Part shown: positions 48,901-55,281 of the stretch, piece after piece
How the letters are laid out: every line of letters begins with the position of its first letter
How positions within the stretch are numbered: the stretch's first letter is position 1
Source of the DNA: Bacteroidota bacterium
Lineage (GTDB): Bacteria; Bacteroidota; Bacteroidia; NORP154
Assembly (NCBI GenBank): GCA_043811005.1
Contig: JBDRNO010000171.1
Coordinates: forward strand, 227-64,226
Reading direction: 5' to 3'
Length of the DNA: 64,000 nucleotides
Position numbers and translations under genes: made by a program
Notes under the pieces: model-generated
What the model saw: the letters and a program-made list of their open reading frames with translations, nothing else
What the model was told of the DNA's origin: nothing
Database searches by the model: none

Positions 48901-51900
48901 CAGTGGTATGACGATCCGGGGCTCGGCTCCATGGTCTTCAGCGGTAATCCATTCTCATCAGGAGATGTAGCAGTTGGTATCCATACTTATTATGCTACCC
49001 AGACCGTAAGCGGCTGTGAAAGTCCGGGAACTGCCGTAACTTTAACTATCAATGCGCCACCGGCTGTACTTGTAGCGTCAGATACTGCAATATGTTTCGG
49101 TGACCCGACACCTGACCTGACAGCAAGCGGTTTATATATCCAGTGGTATAGCGATACGGGTCTGACAACATTAGAATTTGCCGGAGACACTTTTGCCACA
49201 GGAGAAACTGCAACCGGAACATACACCTATTATGTCACGGATAGTGTTTCAGGATGTCCGCAAAGTCCTGCTGACACAGTTATCTTAACCATAAATGCCT
49301 TTCCATCAGCCCCAGTTGCCTCTGACATTGCTATTTGCATAGGTGATACCGTACCTGACCTGGTTGCTGTAGGAGATAGTGTCCGTTGGTACAGTGATCC
49401 ACTATTAGACACAATGGTATATTCAGGCGGCTCATTTGCCACAGGCCATACTGCTTCGGGAGTTTATATCTATTATGTAACTCAAACGGATACAATTACT
49501 CTTTGTGAGAGCCCTGCTGATACAGTCACATTAGCAATTTATTCAACACCTGCACCATCATCGTCTGATTTGATCGTGTGCTTTGGTGATTCTGTTCCTG
49601 ACCTGGTAGCAACCGGAGTTGGTATTCGCTGGTATAGTGATTCGTTTTTAGACTCACTGATATTTATTGGGGATACTCTTACACTTAGTGATTCCACTGT
49701 AGGTTCGCATACATATTTTACCACCCAAACGGATACTGTAACCGGTTGTGAAAGTCCGGCAACAACCGTTACATTGACCATTAATGCAATACCTGCTGTG
49801 CCGGCAACTACCGATGAGACAGTATGTGAAGGAGGATCCATACCGGACCTTATCGCTACCGGAACCAATAACACCTGGTACAGCGATACAAGTCTGAGCA
49901 TAATAGAATTCAGCGGTGATACCTTTGCAACAGGACAAACAATAGTAGGTACATATACATATTATATAACCCAAACAGTGCTTAGTTGTGAAAGCCCTGC
50001 TGATACATCTGTCCTTACTATTAGCCCAACCCCATCAGCACCGACTGCTTCAGACGAATCCGCATGTGAAGGCAGTACAATCCCTGACCTGATTGCAACG
50101 GGAACCGATGTAAAATGGTATAGTGATTCATCATTGACAGTGTTAGCAGACACCGGTAATACGTATGCCACCGGTCAGACAGTTCCTGGTACATATACAT
50201 ATTATGTAACAGACAGTCTACCTGGATGCCCCGGACTTTCAGCATCAGTTAGATTAACTATAATCCCTATGCCGGTAGCGCCAACAGCTACCGATACCAC
50301 GATTTGCTATGGTGAGCCGACACCTGACCTGGTAGCAACGGGATCGCTTATCAGATGGTATGATGATCCACTGCTCCAGAATTTAATATATAGCGGGGAT
50401 ACCCTTGCACCGGTTGATACTGCTGCCGGTATATACATGTATTATGCTACACAAACCGATGCATTAACACTTTGCGAAGGTCCTGCAATTACGGTATCCT
50501 TGACCATTAATGCCATTCCGTCAATACCAACAGCTTCGGATGAGGTAGCTTGTGAAGGCTCTGCTGTTCCCGACCTGGTAGCGACAGGGATTAATATCAC
50601 CTGGTATAGTGATTCAGTCTTGAGCATTGTAGAATTCAACGGTGATACATTTACAACCGAAGATTCCGTTGCAGGTATATATACATATTATGTAACTCAG
50701 ACAATACTTGGTTGTGAGAGCCCAGCAGATACCGTTTTATTATCCATATTGTCAACAGTACCGGCACCAACTGCATCTGATGAAACAGCTTGCGTGGGTG
50801 GTACTATCCCTGATCTTTCAGCGTCAGGTTCTAACATTCAATGGTATAATAGTCCACTGTTAGACACGGTAATATTTACCGGCAGTTCTTTTGCAACAGG
50901 AGAAACAGCCGTGGGAACATATACATGGTATGTTACGGATAGTGTGCCAGGATGTGGCGAAAGCGGAGCCGATACGGTTACACTGACCATAAATTCAATA
51001 CCATCAGCACCTTTATCTTCCGATAAAACGGTCTGTTTCGGTGAACCAACACCTGACCTGGTTACTGCAGGAACCAATATACAGTGGTATAGTGACTCAT
51101 TATTGACTGTTTTAGCATTCAGCGGAGACATTTATGCAACCGGAAATACCGTAGATAGTGTTTATACATATTACGCTACTCAAATCATAAACAGCTGTGA
51201 GAGCCAGGCAACTACGGTTATATTAACCATTAAGCCGGCTCCACCTATGCCGGCAGCAACTGACGTTATTGTTTGTTGGGGTGATCCCGTTCCTGATCTG
51301 ACAGCTACAGGTACCAACATCCAGTGGTACAGCGACCCATTGCTTGATACCCTGGTATTTAGCGGCAGTCCTTTCGCAACAGGAGACACCGTAATTGGTA
51401 CATATACTTATTATGTCGTTGATAGTTCAGGTAGCTGCTTTAGCCCGGTAAATCCTGTAACATTGACAATAACCAGTTACCCGATCCTGACCTTGTCAGA
51501 CACATGCCTGGACCTGGGAGCAATAATTGAATTAACATCCAGCACTGATACATTGTTCTTCTTCAACCCGGGTTGTGATACTTTACAGGTAACAAATATT
51601 ACTAACTCAACACCCGAATACAGTGTTGATACTACCAGCTTAACCGTATTGCCCGGAGACACAGGGCAGGTTATTGTTTCTTTCTCTCCGGCTGCTTCCG
51701 GCATTTACCTGGATACACTAAATATAACCAGCAATGACGTTGACGCTACTGTATGCCTGGGTGGTTCTGCCCTGGGCGTTCCTGTCATCGCTGCTTTACC
51801 CGATTCCTTTAACGTATCTTTTAATGGTTGTTGTGATTCCTCTATTTCAACATTGGCCATTTACAACACCGGAGTAACCGACCTGATCTGTAATATAAGT

Positions 51901-54795
51901 ACAGATAGCATCTGGCTTGGCGTTTCCGTATCAGCCGATTCGGTTACAGCAGGAGACTCAAACCTGGTTGCCGTTACCTTTAACGGTTGTATATTGAATC
52001 CGGGGACATACACGGCAAGTATCACGATCATTTCCAATGATCCCCTGGATCCTATAGTCATTATACCGGTTACACTTGTCAAGGATCCATTACCGGCATC
52101 ACCAACTGCTGCTCTCACAGAAGTGTGTTTTGGCGATTCCGTCCCGGCTCTTATAGCTACCGGGGGAGATACTATTCTTTGGTATGATGATCCGGGTCTG
52201 ACGAACCTCGTTTTTGTCGGAGATACCTTTGCTACCGGTGATACTGCCATCGGTGCCTCTACTTATTATATCACATCAATGGTTGACAGTTGTGAGAGTC
52301 TTCCGGACAGTGTTACTTTGGCTATTAACACACCGGCATCTGCTCCGGTCGCTCCTGATACTGCAATCTGTTTCAGTTTGACAGCACCGACACTGATAGT
52401 TACAGGTACATATATCCAATGGTATAGTGATACTGGACTAAGCTCTCTGATCTTTAGCGGTGATACTTTCCCGACAGGAGATACGGCAGCGGGTGTTTAT
52501 ACTTATTACGTAACAGATAGTACGGGTGGATGTCTTGAAAGCCCTGCCGACACCGCTACCTTGACGATAATACCTGCACCTGTGCCACCGGTTGCCTCTG
52601 CTGATACAATAATCTGTTTTAGCGATCCAATACCTTCATTTACTGCAACAGGTGACAGTATCCTATGGTATAACGATCCCCTGCTGATAACACCTGTATT
52701 CAGCGGAGACACATTTGCACCAGTAGATACAGCGCCAGGTGTATATACGTATTACGTCACTCAAACAGATACTTCAATAAGCAATTGCCAAAGTCCTGCG
52801 GATTCTGTTGTATTAACCATAAATGGAATACCCTCTGCACCAACGACCTCTGGCGATACTGCTATTTGCCTCGGTAACCCGGCTCCTGAATTTACTGCTA
52901 CCGGCTCATATCTCCGGTGGTATGATGATAGCGGGCTAACCAGCCTGGTATTTGTAGGAGATACTTTCCAACCCACGGATACAACTGTTGGAATATATAC
53001 GTATTATGTTACGGACAGCGTAGCTATTTGTTCCCAGGGACCTGCTAGTGCGGTTACTCTAACCATTAATGTTTTATCAACAGTACCAGCGGCTACTGAT
53101 ACTACAATATGTTATGGTGATCCCACACCAGACCTTGTTGCAACAGGAACATATATAAAATGGTATAGTGATAGCGACCTGGCGAACCTGGTATTCAGCG
53201 GGGATACTTTCCCAAGCGGAGATTCATTAGCCGGGATCTATACATTTTATGTAACTGATAGTATAGCTGGTTGTTCTGCCAGTCCTGCAGATACAGCTAC
53301 ATTGACTATCAACGCCTTACCGGCAGCGCCAATTGCAAATGACACAACAATTTGTTTCGGTGAACCAACACCAGACCTGGTTGCAACAGGGGTAGGTATC
53401 CGCTGGTATAATGATTCGTTATTGGTATTCACCGGGGATACTTTCGCCTCCGGAGATACGGCAACAGGTATATATACCTATTACGTAACACAAACTGACA
53501 CTTCAGTAAATAATTGTGAAAGCCCTGCAGATACTGTTATCCTGACCATTAATCCTATACCGTCAGCCCCAACATCTACAGGTGGCACAGAATGTGAAGG
53601 AAATTCAATACCTGATCTGACTGCTATAGGAACTAATATTCAATGGTATAGTGATGCAGGGCTGACCGTATTAGAGTTCAGCGGAAACACCTATGCAACT
53701 GTGCAAACAGCAGCCGGAACATATATATATTATGTAACTCAAACAATCCTCGGTTGTGAAAGTCCGGCAAATACTTCAACGTTAATTATTATGCCAACCC
53801 CACCGTCACCAACGGCATCAGATGAAGCAGCATGTGAGGGAGGTGCAATTCCTGATCTTACAGCAACGGGAACAAATATCAATTGGTATAGCGATTCTGG
53901 CTTGACAAATTGGATGGGTGCCGGTAGTACTTTCACAACAGGACAAACAACACCTGGTATTTATACCTATTACGTTAATGATAGCTTGCCGGGTTGTCCG
54001 GGACCTGCAACTACAGTTACATTAACTATAAACACTATGCCTGGAGCACCTACAGCAACTGACATAACAATATGCTATGGTGATCCAACACCTGACCTGA
54101 TATCAACGGGAACCAATGTACAATGGTATAAGGATCCTACATTGCTCATATTGTCATATAGCGGAAATACATTTGCAACAGGAATAACAGCAGTAGGAAC
54201 ATATACCTGGTATGTAACTCAAACAGCAAGCGGCTGCGGTGAAAGTCAATCTGATACTGTTTCACTGACGATAAATCCCAAGCCATTGGTTACTTTAAAT
54301 ACTTACTCGGTTCCTATTGCCCTTGGTGATTCGGTAACATTGATAGCTTACAATGCTTCAACTTATTCATGGTCACCTCCGGCAGGTTTAAATACCGACA
54401 CCGGCTCAGCCGTAACAGCTTCACCTGATACCACAACAACCTATACAGTTACAGGAACAAATGATTGGGGCTGTTCCAATGATGCCAGTGTAATAGTTAT
54501 TGTTAAAGGAACCTGGATTGACGAAAACACCTTTGTTCAGAATTTGTCAATATATCCCAATCCAACGAGAGACGAATTTGTAGTTGATTTTATTTCTTCC
54601 CAAAGCGGAGTTGTAGAGATCAATTTACAAAACTCCCTGGGACAAATTCTGATCATTAAGGAAATTGAATCAGATAAAGGTCATCATTACATTCAATCAT
54701 TCGATGTGAAAGATCTGGGAACAGGGATTTATAATTTGCAGATAGTTACTGATAGTGGGGTGATTAATAGTAAAGTGGTGGTATTTAGAAATTAA
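33976..54795 (+). CDS. Giant (6,939 aa) mosaic cell-surface protein, T9SS type-A cargo, paralogue of gene 1
   Basis: One uninterrupted ORF in the track. N-terminus MKKKLIQLALIMAGIPGIGFAQ. C-terminal sorting domain followed by a hairpin. Confidence 0.95.
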   Translation: MKKKLIQLALIMAGIPGIGFAQPLISFSPDTIKATVTICNDSTTQPLTIYNTGSQNLDYTISINLTSIGNDQPKSACIPNNGTCWSNQGITNVTFNTINNSSGTCDGYKNYTNIKTCVIAGESYSISIKNGVTLEEDVRTWIDYNNDGVFQASEKVFESLKKYLHTGTVNIPITAVKNQPLRMRVADNYFASPIPEVCSTPSFYGQYEDYTIIILEDSIVTLSDTSGTLPGDSVIIDVYLNALGLPANVYTAEIIINSNDPVNPVVTIPVVFTVEGEPEIDLSDTIIDYDSIMQWASKTDTLIIYNTGCDTMFVTSITNSLSEYTLDTNNMTIPPFDSALIQITFNPLTVGSFTDTLNIYNNVVDTIVILTGVGTPSPKISYSPDSFNVTFTTCNDSTTQPLTIYNTGTADMYLDINIEYSESIKPPPCTPATTAYCCGMGIITVQFNTINNTSGNGSVGYENFDYISTTVYAGQTYPITINSGLPNNHNVRAWIDYDNSGTFEDPAERVLQSMNKDVHTGNITIPETAVLDIPLRMRIAGDYYLNSTPGPCSNVQYGQHEDYTVVIVYSDSIFSLSESADTIIPGDSSIVDVYFDASGLISGVYTSKITINSNDPSSPVNTIPLSLTVQGHPIIGLSNDTLVFDSILQYTSDTVSLTIYNTGCDTLFVTNITASDTDFTTDTTILTIPQDDSSSVQVIFTPQSFGAYLDTLTIFNNYNDTTIILKGFSKQPPIIVTVPDSFSVNYTACDDSSTSLLKIYNTGTEDLIFNIDYPSWVTLSDTADIITNGDSLLIDVKFYASGLLTGTHNSYIIVNSNDPLNPADSTQCTLILNGYPVIGLSDTIISMDTIMQWTEDIDTLLIFNTGCDTLFVTNMTNTLGDFSTDTTNFTLLPGDTGLVQITFSPTIVGTQIDTIQIFNNDIETLVILQGVGTEPPVISYNPDTFDVTITTCNDIITLPLTIYNSGLADLYLNMNIELNESIKPPPCTPATTAYCCGMGIITVQFNTINNTSGNGSVGYENFDAINTTVYAGQTYPITINSGLPNNHNVRAWIDYDNNGTFEDATERVLQSLNKDVHTGNITIPETAVIDIPLRMRVAGDYYQNSVPGPCSNVQYGQHEDYTVIIILSDSIFSLSEYTDTIPQVDSAIIDVEFNAGGLITGEYSKQIIINSNDPLSPYDTIPLILTVEGHPIVEFSDDTLVFDSILQYTSDTLILTISNTGCDTLLVTNITASDSDFEVDTTNLIIPQGDSASVQVVFNPQSDGNYLDTLNIFNNYNDTTIILKGYSKSPPNIVTVPDSLSANLSACDDSATSVLKIYNTGFENLIFDIDYPLWITLSDTADTISNGDSLLIDVKFKAAGLNTGIHNSYIIVNSNDPLNQADSTACTLTLAGYPILALLDTSFSMDTIMQWAVDTDTLLIYNTGCDTLFITNITTSITDFSVDTTNLSILMGDSGTVIITFNPATVDTFTCDLNIFSNDVDTIVMLYGVSTYPPVISYDPSSFTDTVGTCIDSLVNQLTISNSGLTDLNFDIEIEYGEPVLPPPCTPATTGYCCGMGIITVQFNTINNTSGNGSLGYENFDSISTTVYAGQTYPITINSGLPNNHNVRAWIDYDNSGTFEDASERVFQSLNLDVHTGNVTIPTTAVVGTLLRMRVAGEFWQNSTPGPCSNVEYGQHEDYSVLILVDSMITLSSTADTLSTGDTTVIDIIYNTEELNLGTYTFDLAVSTNDPLYYNFDIPMSLTIEPVPAEPSAANQSACEGDSVPDLTATGTNIKWYSDTALAILEYSGSPFPTGHDTAGTYIYHATQTQYGCESAYNTVSLTINPLPSAPTASDTSACEGDTIPDLTATGANIKWYSDTGLTTLVYTGSPFTTGDTASGVYNYYVTQTVSSCEGPADTASLTIYSMPPAPTAADKIACEGGTIPDLTATGTDIKWYSDPALTILEFSGDTFATGNTTAGTYTYYATQTETVNSCESLSDTVTLTIYSVPAMPPTSDESVCEGGSVPDLAATGTDIKWYSDPALTILEFSDDTFATGQTAAGIYDYYVTQTVNTCESPADTATLTIYATPAAPAAADTSACENETIPDFTASGTDIKWYSDPALTILEFSGDTFATGHTVPGAYTYYVTETLGSCAGPADTVTLSIYPLPVVPVASDETACEGGTIPDLTAAGTDIKWYSDPALTTLVFSGSPFATGETIAGTYTYYVTQTEAVNGCESPSDTVTLTIYSVPAVPTSSDETACEGGTIPDLTATGTDIKWYSDPALTILEFSGSPFATGETNAGIYTYYVTQTVNTCESPSDTVTLIIYSVPAVPTISDEIACEGGTIPDLTATGTDVKWYSDPALTTLVFSGSPFVTGETNAGTYSYYVTQTVNTCESPSDTITLTIYTVPAATAASDEIACEGGSIPDLTATGTDIKWYSDPALTMLEFSGSPFATGETTAGTYTYYVIQTVNACESPADTVSLTIYPIPTVPVASDETACEGTSISDLTATGTDLKWYSDPALTILVFSGSPFVTGETATGTYTYYVTQTVNTCESPADTVLLTIYPAPAVPVASDEVACEGGTIPDLTATGTDIKWYSDPALTTLVFSGSPFATGETNAGTYTYYVTQTEAVNNCESPSDTITLTIYSIPAVPTSADETACEGGTIPDLTATGTDIKWYSDPALTTLVFNGSPFATGETTAGTYTYYITQTVNTCESLSDTITLTIYSLPAAPISSDETACEGDTIPDLAAAGTDIKWYSDPALTILVFSGSPFATGETSAGTFTYYVTQTINACESPSDTVALTIYPVPATPASSDEIACEGGLIPELTATGTDIKWYSDSALTTLEFSGDTFSTGYSTPGTYTYYVTQTEAVNGCESPSVTVTLTIYSLPATPTSSNTSICVLGSIPDLTATGTDIKWYSNPALTTLVFSGSPFATGETIPGTYTYYVTQTVNTCESPADTVTLTILSAPVISADPDSFNVALACADTLILPLTIYNNGGCDLDFNITEEGAPGLDTILNRLNQNYSSVTSAVPFIYNFIDGVTGNNIDDGGGDMYDWGNYLSTDIGGDFNYSDNMIVPNAWLGDSGKYFTRKHPGLFVFAADMDGVSWFEINGNLGADGDGNADAVILTLNMYGTSFKGLVKRVYNAGDPSINHLIIVEDKPLIDHTWTANTNDDQHRVTNLSSTDRIYHLLYASLGGGYIDDAQTLNIMKKFLEAVGPFALNIPLSAYSDTVTIGDSSVIDVQFNSTYLNAGQYNTIMIINSNDPLNPVDSVPVTLNVTGDPEIELSDTCLYLDSIIEYTTNTESLWIYNTGCDTLFITGINNSLPEFSLSDTSGFILPGDSVEIIVTFAPVSAGFFQDNITIFNNDEDTTVCLSGYGYPKPVISADPDSFDVTLACVDSVTLPLTIYNTGGSDLDFDIVTWTYSPLFNLAYIANSDDNTVSVLDITTNTMVGAPVAVGSYPWRVSINPDASYVYVSNRNSNNISVIRISDNTVTTTIPVGDGPTGLAFTPNGNYVYVGNRYDNNVMVIDCSTNTVVDTITTSMNEPQDIVITPDGSYAYVANRNSGVAVIETATNTVVANIGGIAVAHSITITPDGRFVYVSESMWVTGSVQVIETATNTIIASIGGDFDPAAGLDITPDGNFVYVVDRWNAEVDVIDVSTNTIVNTISDGRLGDAWGLAISPYGDYAYVTYPYGAAQSVVIIDISTNTVIGDLSSGSGARGIASLNGGVPWLAVSTNSGSIPPGDSTVIDVAFNSTGLNIGQYNSDLIVYSNDPLNPADTVPTTLNVVSVPEIELSDTCLDLDTTMQWTTITDTFWIYNNGCGILTITDMTTSLSEFSTDTTALTILQDDSAQVTVSFTPTAVGNLYDTLIIFNDDVDTTICLSGYAYPPPVVSTTPDSFDVTMTGCCDSKTLPLTVYNTGGSDLLYNISSDSSWISFSISADTVAAGDSSIVDVTFDGCVLTPGVYAPNIIISSNDPLNPSDTIPVTVTKESLPPSPASSDTSICFGDPASDLTATGTIIQWYDDPLLDTVIFSGSPFASGDTAVGIYTYYVTQTIDSCEGTADTVTLTINAGPPVPAVSDTTICFGDPTPDLTATGTNIQWYSDAGLTTLVSSGSTYASGDSTVGIYYYYVTDSIAGCTEGQSDTATLTINLVPAAPASSDMTVCYGEPTPNLIATGTNIKWYSDSSLSTLKFVGDTFASGDTTEGIYTYYATDSVNGCTSPYTVIALTIAAAPTTPVVSDTATCFGDPAPDLVATGTYIQWYSDSLLTNWVFSGDTFASGDTAEGIYTYYVTDSISGCAASPAGTATLTINAIPSVPVASDTSSCFGDTPPDLTATGTNIQWYSDPLFDTLVYSGDPFTTGETQAGTYTWYATQTVNGCESPADMVTLIINATPAAPVSSDTIICFGDPTPNLTATGSNIQWYSDPLLDTLVSTGSPFATGDTTVGIHTYYVTQTIDNCEGTAENVTLTINAGPPVPTASDTTICFGDPTPDLAASGTNIQWYSDPLLDTLVYAGSAFTSGDSVVGIYNYYVTDSIAGCIEGLADTATLTINLVPAVPASSDTAICYGEPVPNLIATGTNIKWYSDSSLSTLKFIGDTFASGDTAEGIYTYYATDSINGCTSPYTVIALTITAAPTTPVVSDTATCFGDPAPDLVATGTYIQWYSDTGLSTLEFAGDTFATGETASGTYTYYVTDSISGCAASPAGTATLTINAIPPAPVASDTSSCFGDTPPNLTATGTNIQWYSDPLLDTLVYIGDPFTTGETDPGTYTYYVTQTVSGCESPADTVTMTIYAIPAPTSSDTTICFGDPTPDLAATGTNIKWYSDSLLDTLLFSGNPFATGKSAVGIYRYHVTDSLNGCESPGTMVTLTINAGPGQPAASDTTICFGDPTPDLSATGTNIQWYDDPLLDSVIYTGSPFTTGETAVGIYTWYVTDSILGCSEGPADTVTLTINAIPSAPVSSYTLICFGDPTPDLSATGSNIQWYDDPGLGSMVFSGNPFSSGDVAVGIHTYYATQTVSGCESPGTAVTLTINAPPAVLVASDTAICFGDPTPDLTASGLYIQWYSDTGLTTLEFAGDTFATGETATGTYTYYVTDSVSGCPQSPADTVILTINAFPSAPVASDIAICIGDTVPDLVAVGDSVRWYSDPLLDTMVYSGGSFATGHTASGVYIYYVTQTDTITLCESPADTVTLAIYSTPAPSSSDLIVCFGDSVPDLVATGVGIRWYSDSFLDSLIFIGDTLTLSDSTVGSHTYFTTQTDTVTGCESPATTVTLTINAIPAVPATTDETVCEGGSIPDLIATGTNNTWYSDTSLSIIEFSGDTFATGQTIVGTYTYYITQTVLSCESPADTSVLTISPTPSAPTASDESACEGSTIPDLIATGTDVKWYSDSSLTVLADTGNTYATGQTVPGTYTYYVTDSLPGCPGLSASVRLTIIPMPVAPTATDTTICYGEPTPDLVATGSLIRWYDDPLLQNLIYSGDTLAPVDTAAGIYMYYATQTDALTLCEGPAITVSLTINAIPSIPTASDEVACEGSAVPDLVATGINITWYSDSVLSIVEFNGDTFTTEDSVAGIYTYYVTQTILGCESPADTVLLSILSTVPAPTASDETACVGGTIPDLSASGSNIQWYNSPLLDTVIFTGSSFATGETAVGTYTWYVTDSVPGCGESGADTVTLTINSIPSAPLSSDKTVCFGEPTPDLVTAGTNIQWYSDSLLTVLAFSGDIYATGNTVDSVYTYYATQIINSCESQATTVILTIKPAPPMPAATDVIVCWGDPVPDLTATGTNIQWYSDPLLDTLVFSGSPFATGDTVIGTYTYYVVDSSGSCFSPVNPVTLTITSYPILTLSDTCLDLGAIIELTSSTDTLFFFNPGCDTLQVTNITNSTPEYSVDTTSLTVLPGDTGQVIVSFSPAASGIYLDTLNITSNDVDATVCLGGSALGVPVIAALPDSFNVSFNGCCDSSISTLAIYNTGVTDLICNISTDSIWLGVSVSADSVTAGDSNLVAVTFNGCILNPGTYTASITIISNDPLDPIVIIPVTLVKDPLPASPTAALTEVCFGDSVPALIATGGDTILWYDDPGLTNLVFVGDTFATGDTAIGASTYYITSMVDSCESLPDSVTLAINTPASAPVAPDTAICFSLTAPTLIVTGTYIQWYSDTGLSSLIFSGDTFPTGDTAAGVYTYYVTDSTGGCLESPADTATLTIIPAPVPPVASADTIICFSDPIPSFTATGDSILWYNDPLLITPVFSGDTFAPVDTAPGVYTYYVTQTDTSISNCQSPADSVVLTINGIPSAPTTSGDTAICLGNPAPEFTATGSYLRWYDDSGLTSLVFVGDTFQPTDTTVGIYTYYVTDSVAICSQGPASAVTLTINVLSTVPAATDTTICYGDPTPDLVATGTYIKWYSDSDLANLVFSGDTFPSGDSLAGIYTFYVTDSIAGCSASPADTATLTINALPAAPIANDTTICFGEPTPDLVATGVGIRWYNDSLLVFTGDTFASGDTATGIYTYYVTQTDTSVNNCESPADTVILTINPIPSAPTSTGGTECEGNSIPDLTAIGTNIQWYSDAGLTVLEFSGNTYATVQTAAGTYIYYVTQTILGCESPANTSTLIIMPTPPSPTASDEAACEGGAIPDLTATGTNINWYSDSGLTNWMGAGSTFTTGQTTPGIYTYYVNDSLPGCPGPATTVTLTINTMPGAPTATDITICYGDPTPDLISTGTNVQWYKDPTLLILSYSGNTFATGITAVGTYTWYVTQTASGCGESQSDTVSLTINPKPLVTLNTYSVPIALGDSVTLIAYNASTYSWSPPAGLNTDTGSAVTASPDTTTTYTVTGTNDWGCSNDASVIVIVKGTWIDENTFVQNLSIYPNPTRDEFVVDFISSQSGVVEINLQNSLGQILIIKEIESDKGHHYIQSFDVKDLGTGIYNLQIVTDSGVINSKVVVFRN
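34204..34620 (+). other. GEVED domain 1 (divergent copy)
   Basis: CIPNNGTCWSNQGITNVTFNTINNSSG...VRTWIDYNNDGVFQASEKV...PLRMRVADNY...CSTPSFYGQYEDYTIIIL. Confidence 0.7.
35251..35679 (+). other. GEVED domain 2
   Basis: PPPCTPATTAYCCGMGIITVQFNTINNTSGNGSVGYENFD...VRAWIDYDNSGTFEDPAERV...PLRMRIAGDYY...PCSNVQYGQHEDYTVVIV. Confidence 0.75.
36925..37353 (+). other. GEVED domain 3
   Basis: Same signature as domain 2: ...VRAWIDYDNNGTFEDATERV...LRMRVAGDYY...QYGQHEDYTVIII. Confidence 0.75.
38599..39027 (+). other. GEVED domain 4
   Basis: PPPCTPATTGYCCGMGIITVQFNTINNTSG...VRAWIDYDNSGTFEDASERV...LRMRVAGEFW...EYGQHEDYSVLIL. Confidence 0.75.
39208..42840 (+). repeat. Array A of Ig-like repeats, 15 copies, homogeneous ACEG subtype
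   Basis: Consensus: SDETACEGGTIPDLTATGTDIKWYSDPALT(I/T)L(E/V)FSGSPFATGET-AGTYTYYVTQTVNTCESPSDTVTLTIY. I counted 15 C-E-G-type starts. Confidence 0.85.
42973..43595 (+). other. Unassigned DGGGDMYD-GNYL domain, copy in gene 2
   Basis: LDTILNRLNQNYSSVTSAVPFIYNFIDGVTGNNIDDGGGDMYDWGNYLSTDIGGDFNYSDNMIVPNAWLGDSGKYFTRKHPGLFVFAADMDGVSWFEINGNLGADGDGNAD...VKRVYNAGDPSINHLIIVED...NDDQHRVTNL... Confidence 0.6.
44229..45125 (+). other. YVTN-family beta-propeller (gene 2)
   Basis: LAYIANSDDNTVSVLDITTNTMVGAPVAVGSYPWRVSINPDASYVYVSNRNSNNISVI...PTGLAFTPNGNYVYVGNRYDNNVMVID... Confidence 0.8.
45925..51475 (+). repeat. Array B of Ig-like repeats, 23 copies
   Basis: Starts SSDTSICFGDPASDLTATGTIIQWYDD. Counted 23 units. 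The last ~8 units are colinear with gene 1 at about 28250-30150. Confidence 0.85.
46165..48576 (+). repeat. Higher-order repeat, 2 x 1206 bp (five-domain period, four domains highly similar)
   Basis: ggccctccggtgcca at 46165 and 47371. Both copies carry the unit order TTICFGDPTPDL / (M)T(V/I)CYGEP(T/V)PNL / TATCFGDPAPDL / TSSCFGDTPP(D/N)L. Confidence 0.85.
51476..52085 (+). repeat. Scaffold interlude, copy 3 of 3 (gene 2)
   Basis: YPILTLSDTCLDLGAIIELTSSTDTLFFFNPGCDTLQVTNITNSTPEYSVDT..., near-identical to 30151-30760. Confidence 0.8.
52085..54275 (+). repeat. Array C of Ig-like repeats, 9 copies
   Basis: Unit-for-unit colinear with gene 1 array 3, apart from one 9-bp (DTL) deletion. Confidence 0.85.
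54276..54510 (+). other. Terminal Ig-like domain (gene 2)
   Basis: PKPLVTLNTYSVPIALGDSVTLIAYNASTYSWSPPAGLNTDTGSAVTASPDTTTTYTVTGTNDWGCSNDASVIVIVKG. Confidence 0.5.
54538..54792 (+). other. T9SS type-A C-terminal sorting domain (gene 2)
   Basis: NLSIYPNPTRDEFVVDFISSQSGVVEINLQNSLGQILIIKEIESDKGHHYIQSFDVKDLGTGIYNLQIVTDSGVINSKVVVFRN. Confidence 0.85.
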
Positions 54796-54799
54796 AAAT

Positions 54800-54832
54800 A
54801 GACCCCACAGGTTTCCAAAACCTGTGAGGTCT
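54800..54832 (+). terminator. Hairpin 5 nt after the gene 2 stop; same sequence as 33490-33522 with one stem mismatch
   Basis: agaccccacaggttt-cca-aaacctgtgaggtct. Confidence 0.55.
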
Positions 54833-55281
54833 GATCTGTTCATTCTGAGCCCCGCCATTCGCTAGCCAGTATGTAAGCCTTGGTGGAGCGAAAAATCTTC
54901 AGGATATCAGTACCTAATCTTCAAAGAAGTATTTTATAGCGGATGCCTTCAGATGATGTGTTGCGCGATGGCTCTCCCCCTGTTTTTAGGGGGAGATACA
55001 GAGGGAGTAAAAATCTTATCAATACTTTATTTCTTAATCATTTCATAAACTTTAAAATACCCAAGTTTACTTGCTTAACTACAATCCAGTCATCCAGAAT
55101 TCTTGACTACCGGTTTTTTTTGCCAGACTATTTAATAATATAAATAAATAAAATTTATTATCATTTCATTGATAATTTATATTTTTACCAGTTTTCTATC
55201 CAAATAATTTGAATAAAAAGTTTTAACATAATACAAAAAATTCCCGAATTGTTGTATTTAAAAAACTAATATTTAAAACCC

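Noticed and set aside
19390-54275. Regular ~240-bp periodicity that could be mistaken for a CRISPR-like or satellite array
   Set aside because: The period is far too long. There is no alternation of a conserved short repeat with unique spacers. The whole array is one continuous reading frame that encodes Ig-like domains.
5954-54795. Possibility that the variability among Ig repeats reflects a diversity-generating retroelement or shufflon
   Set aside because: I found no reverse transcriptase, template repeat, invertase or inverted-repeat recombination site in the window. The differences between repeats are spread over whole units rather than concentrated at adenine-specific positions.
55090-55121. 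Weak hairpin (agtca...tgact around an agaattct palindrome) followed by a T8 run, as a possible second terminator before gene 3
   Set aside because: The stem is only 5 bp with a large loop, which is too weak to call. The strong hairpin at 54800-54832 already accounts for termination.
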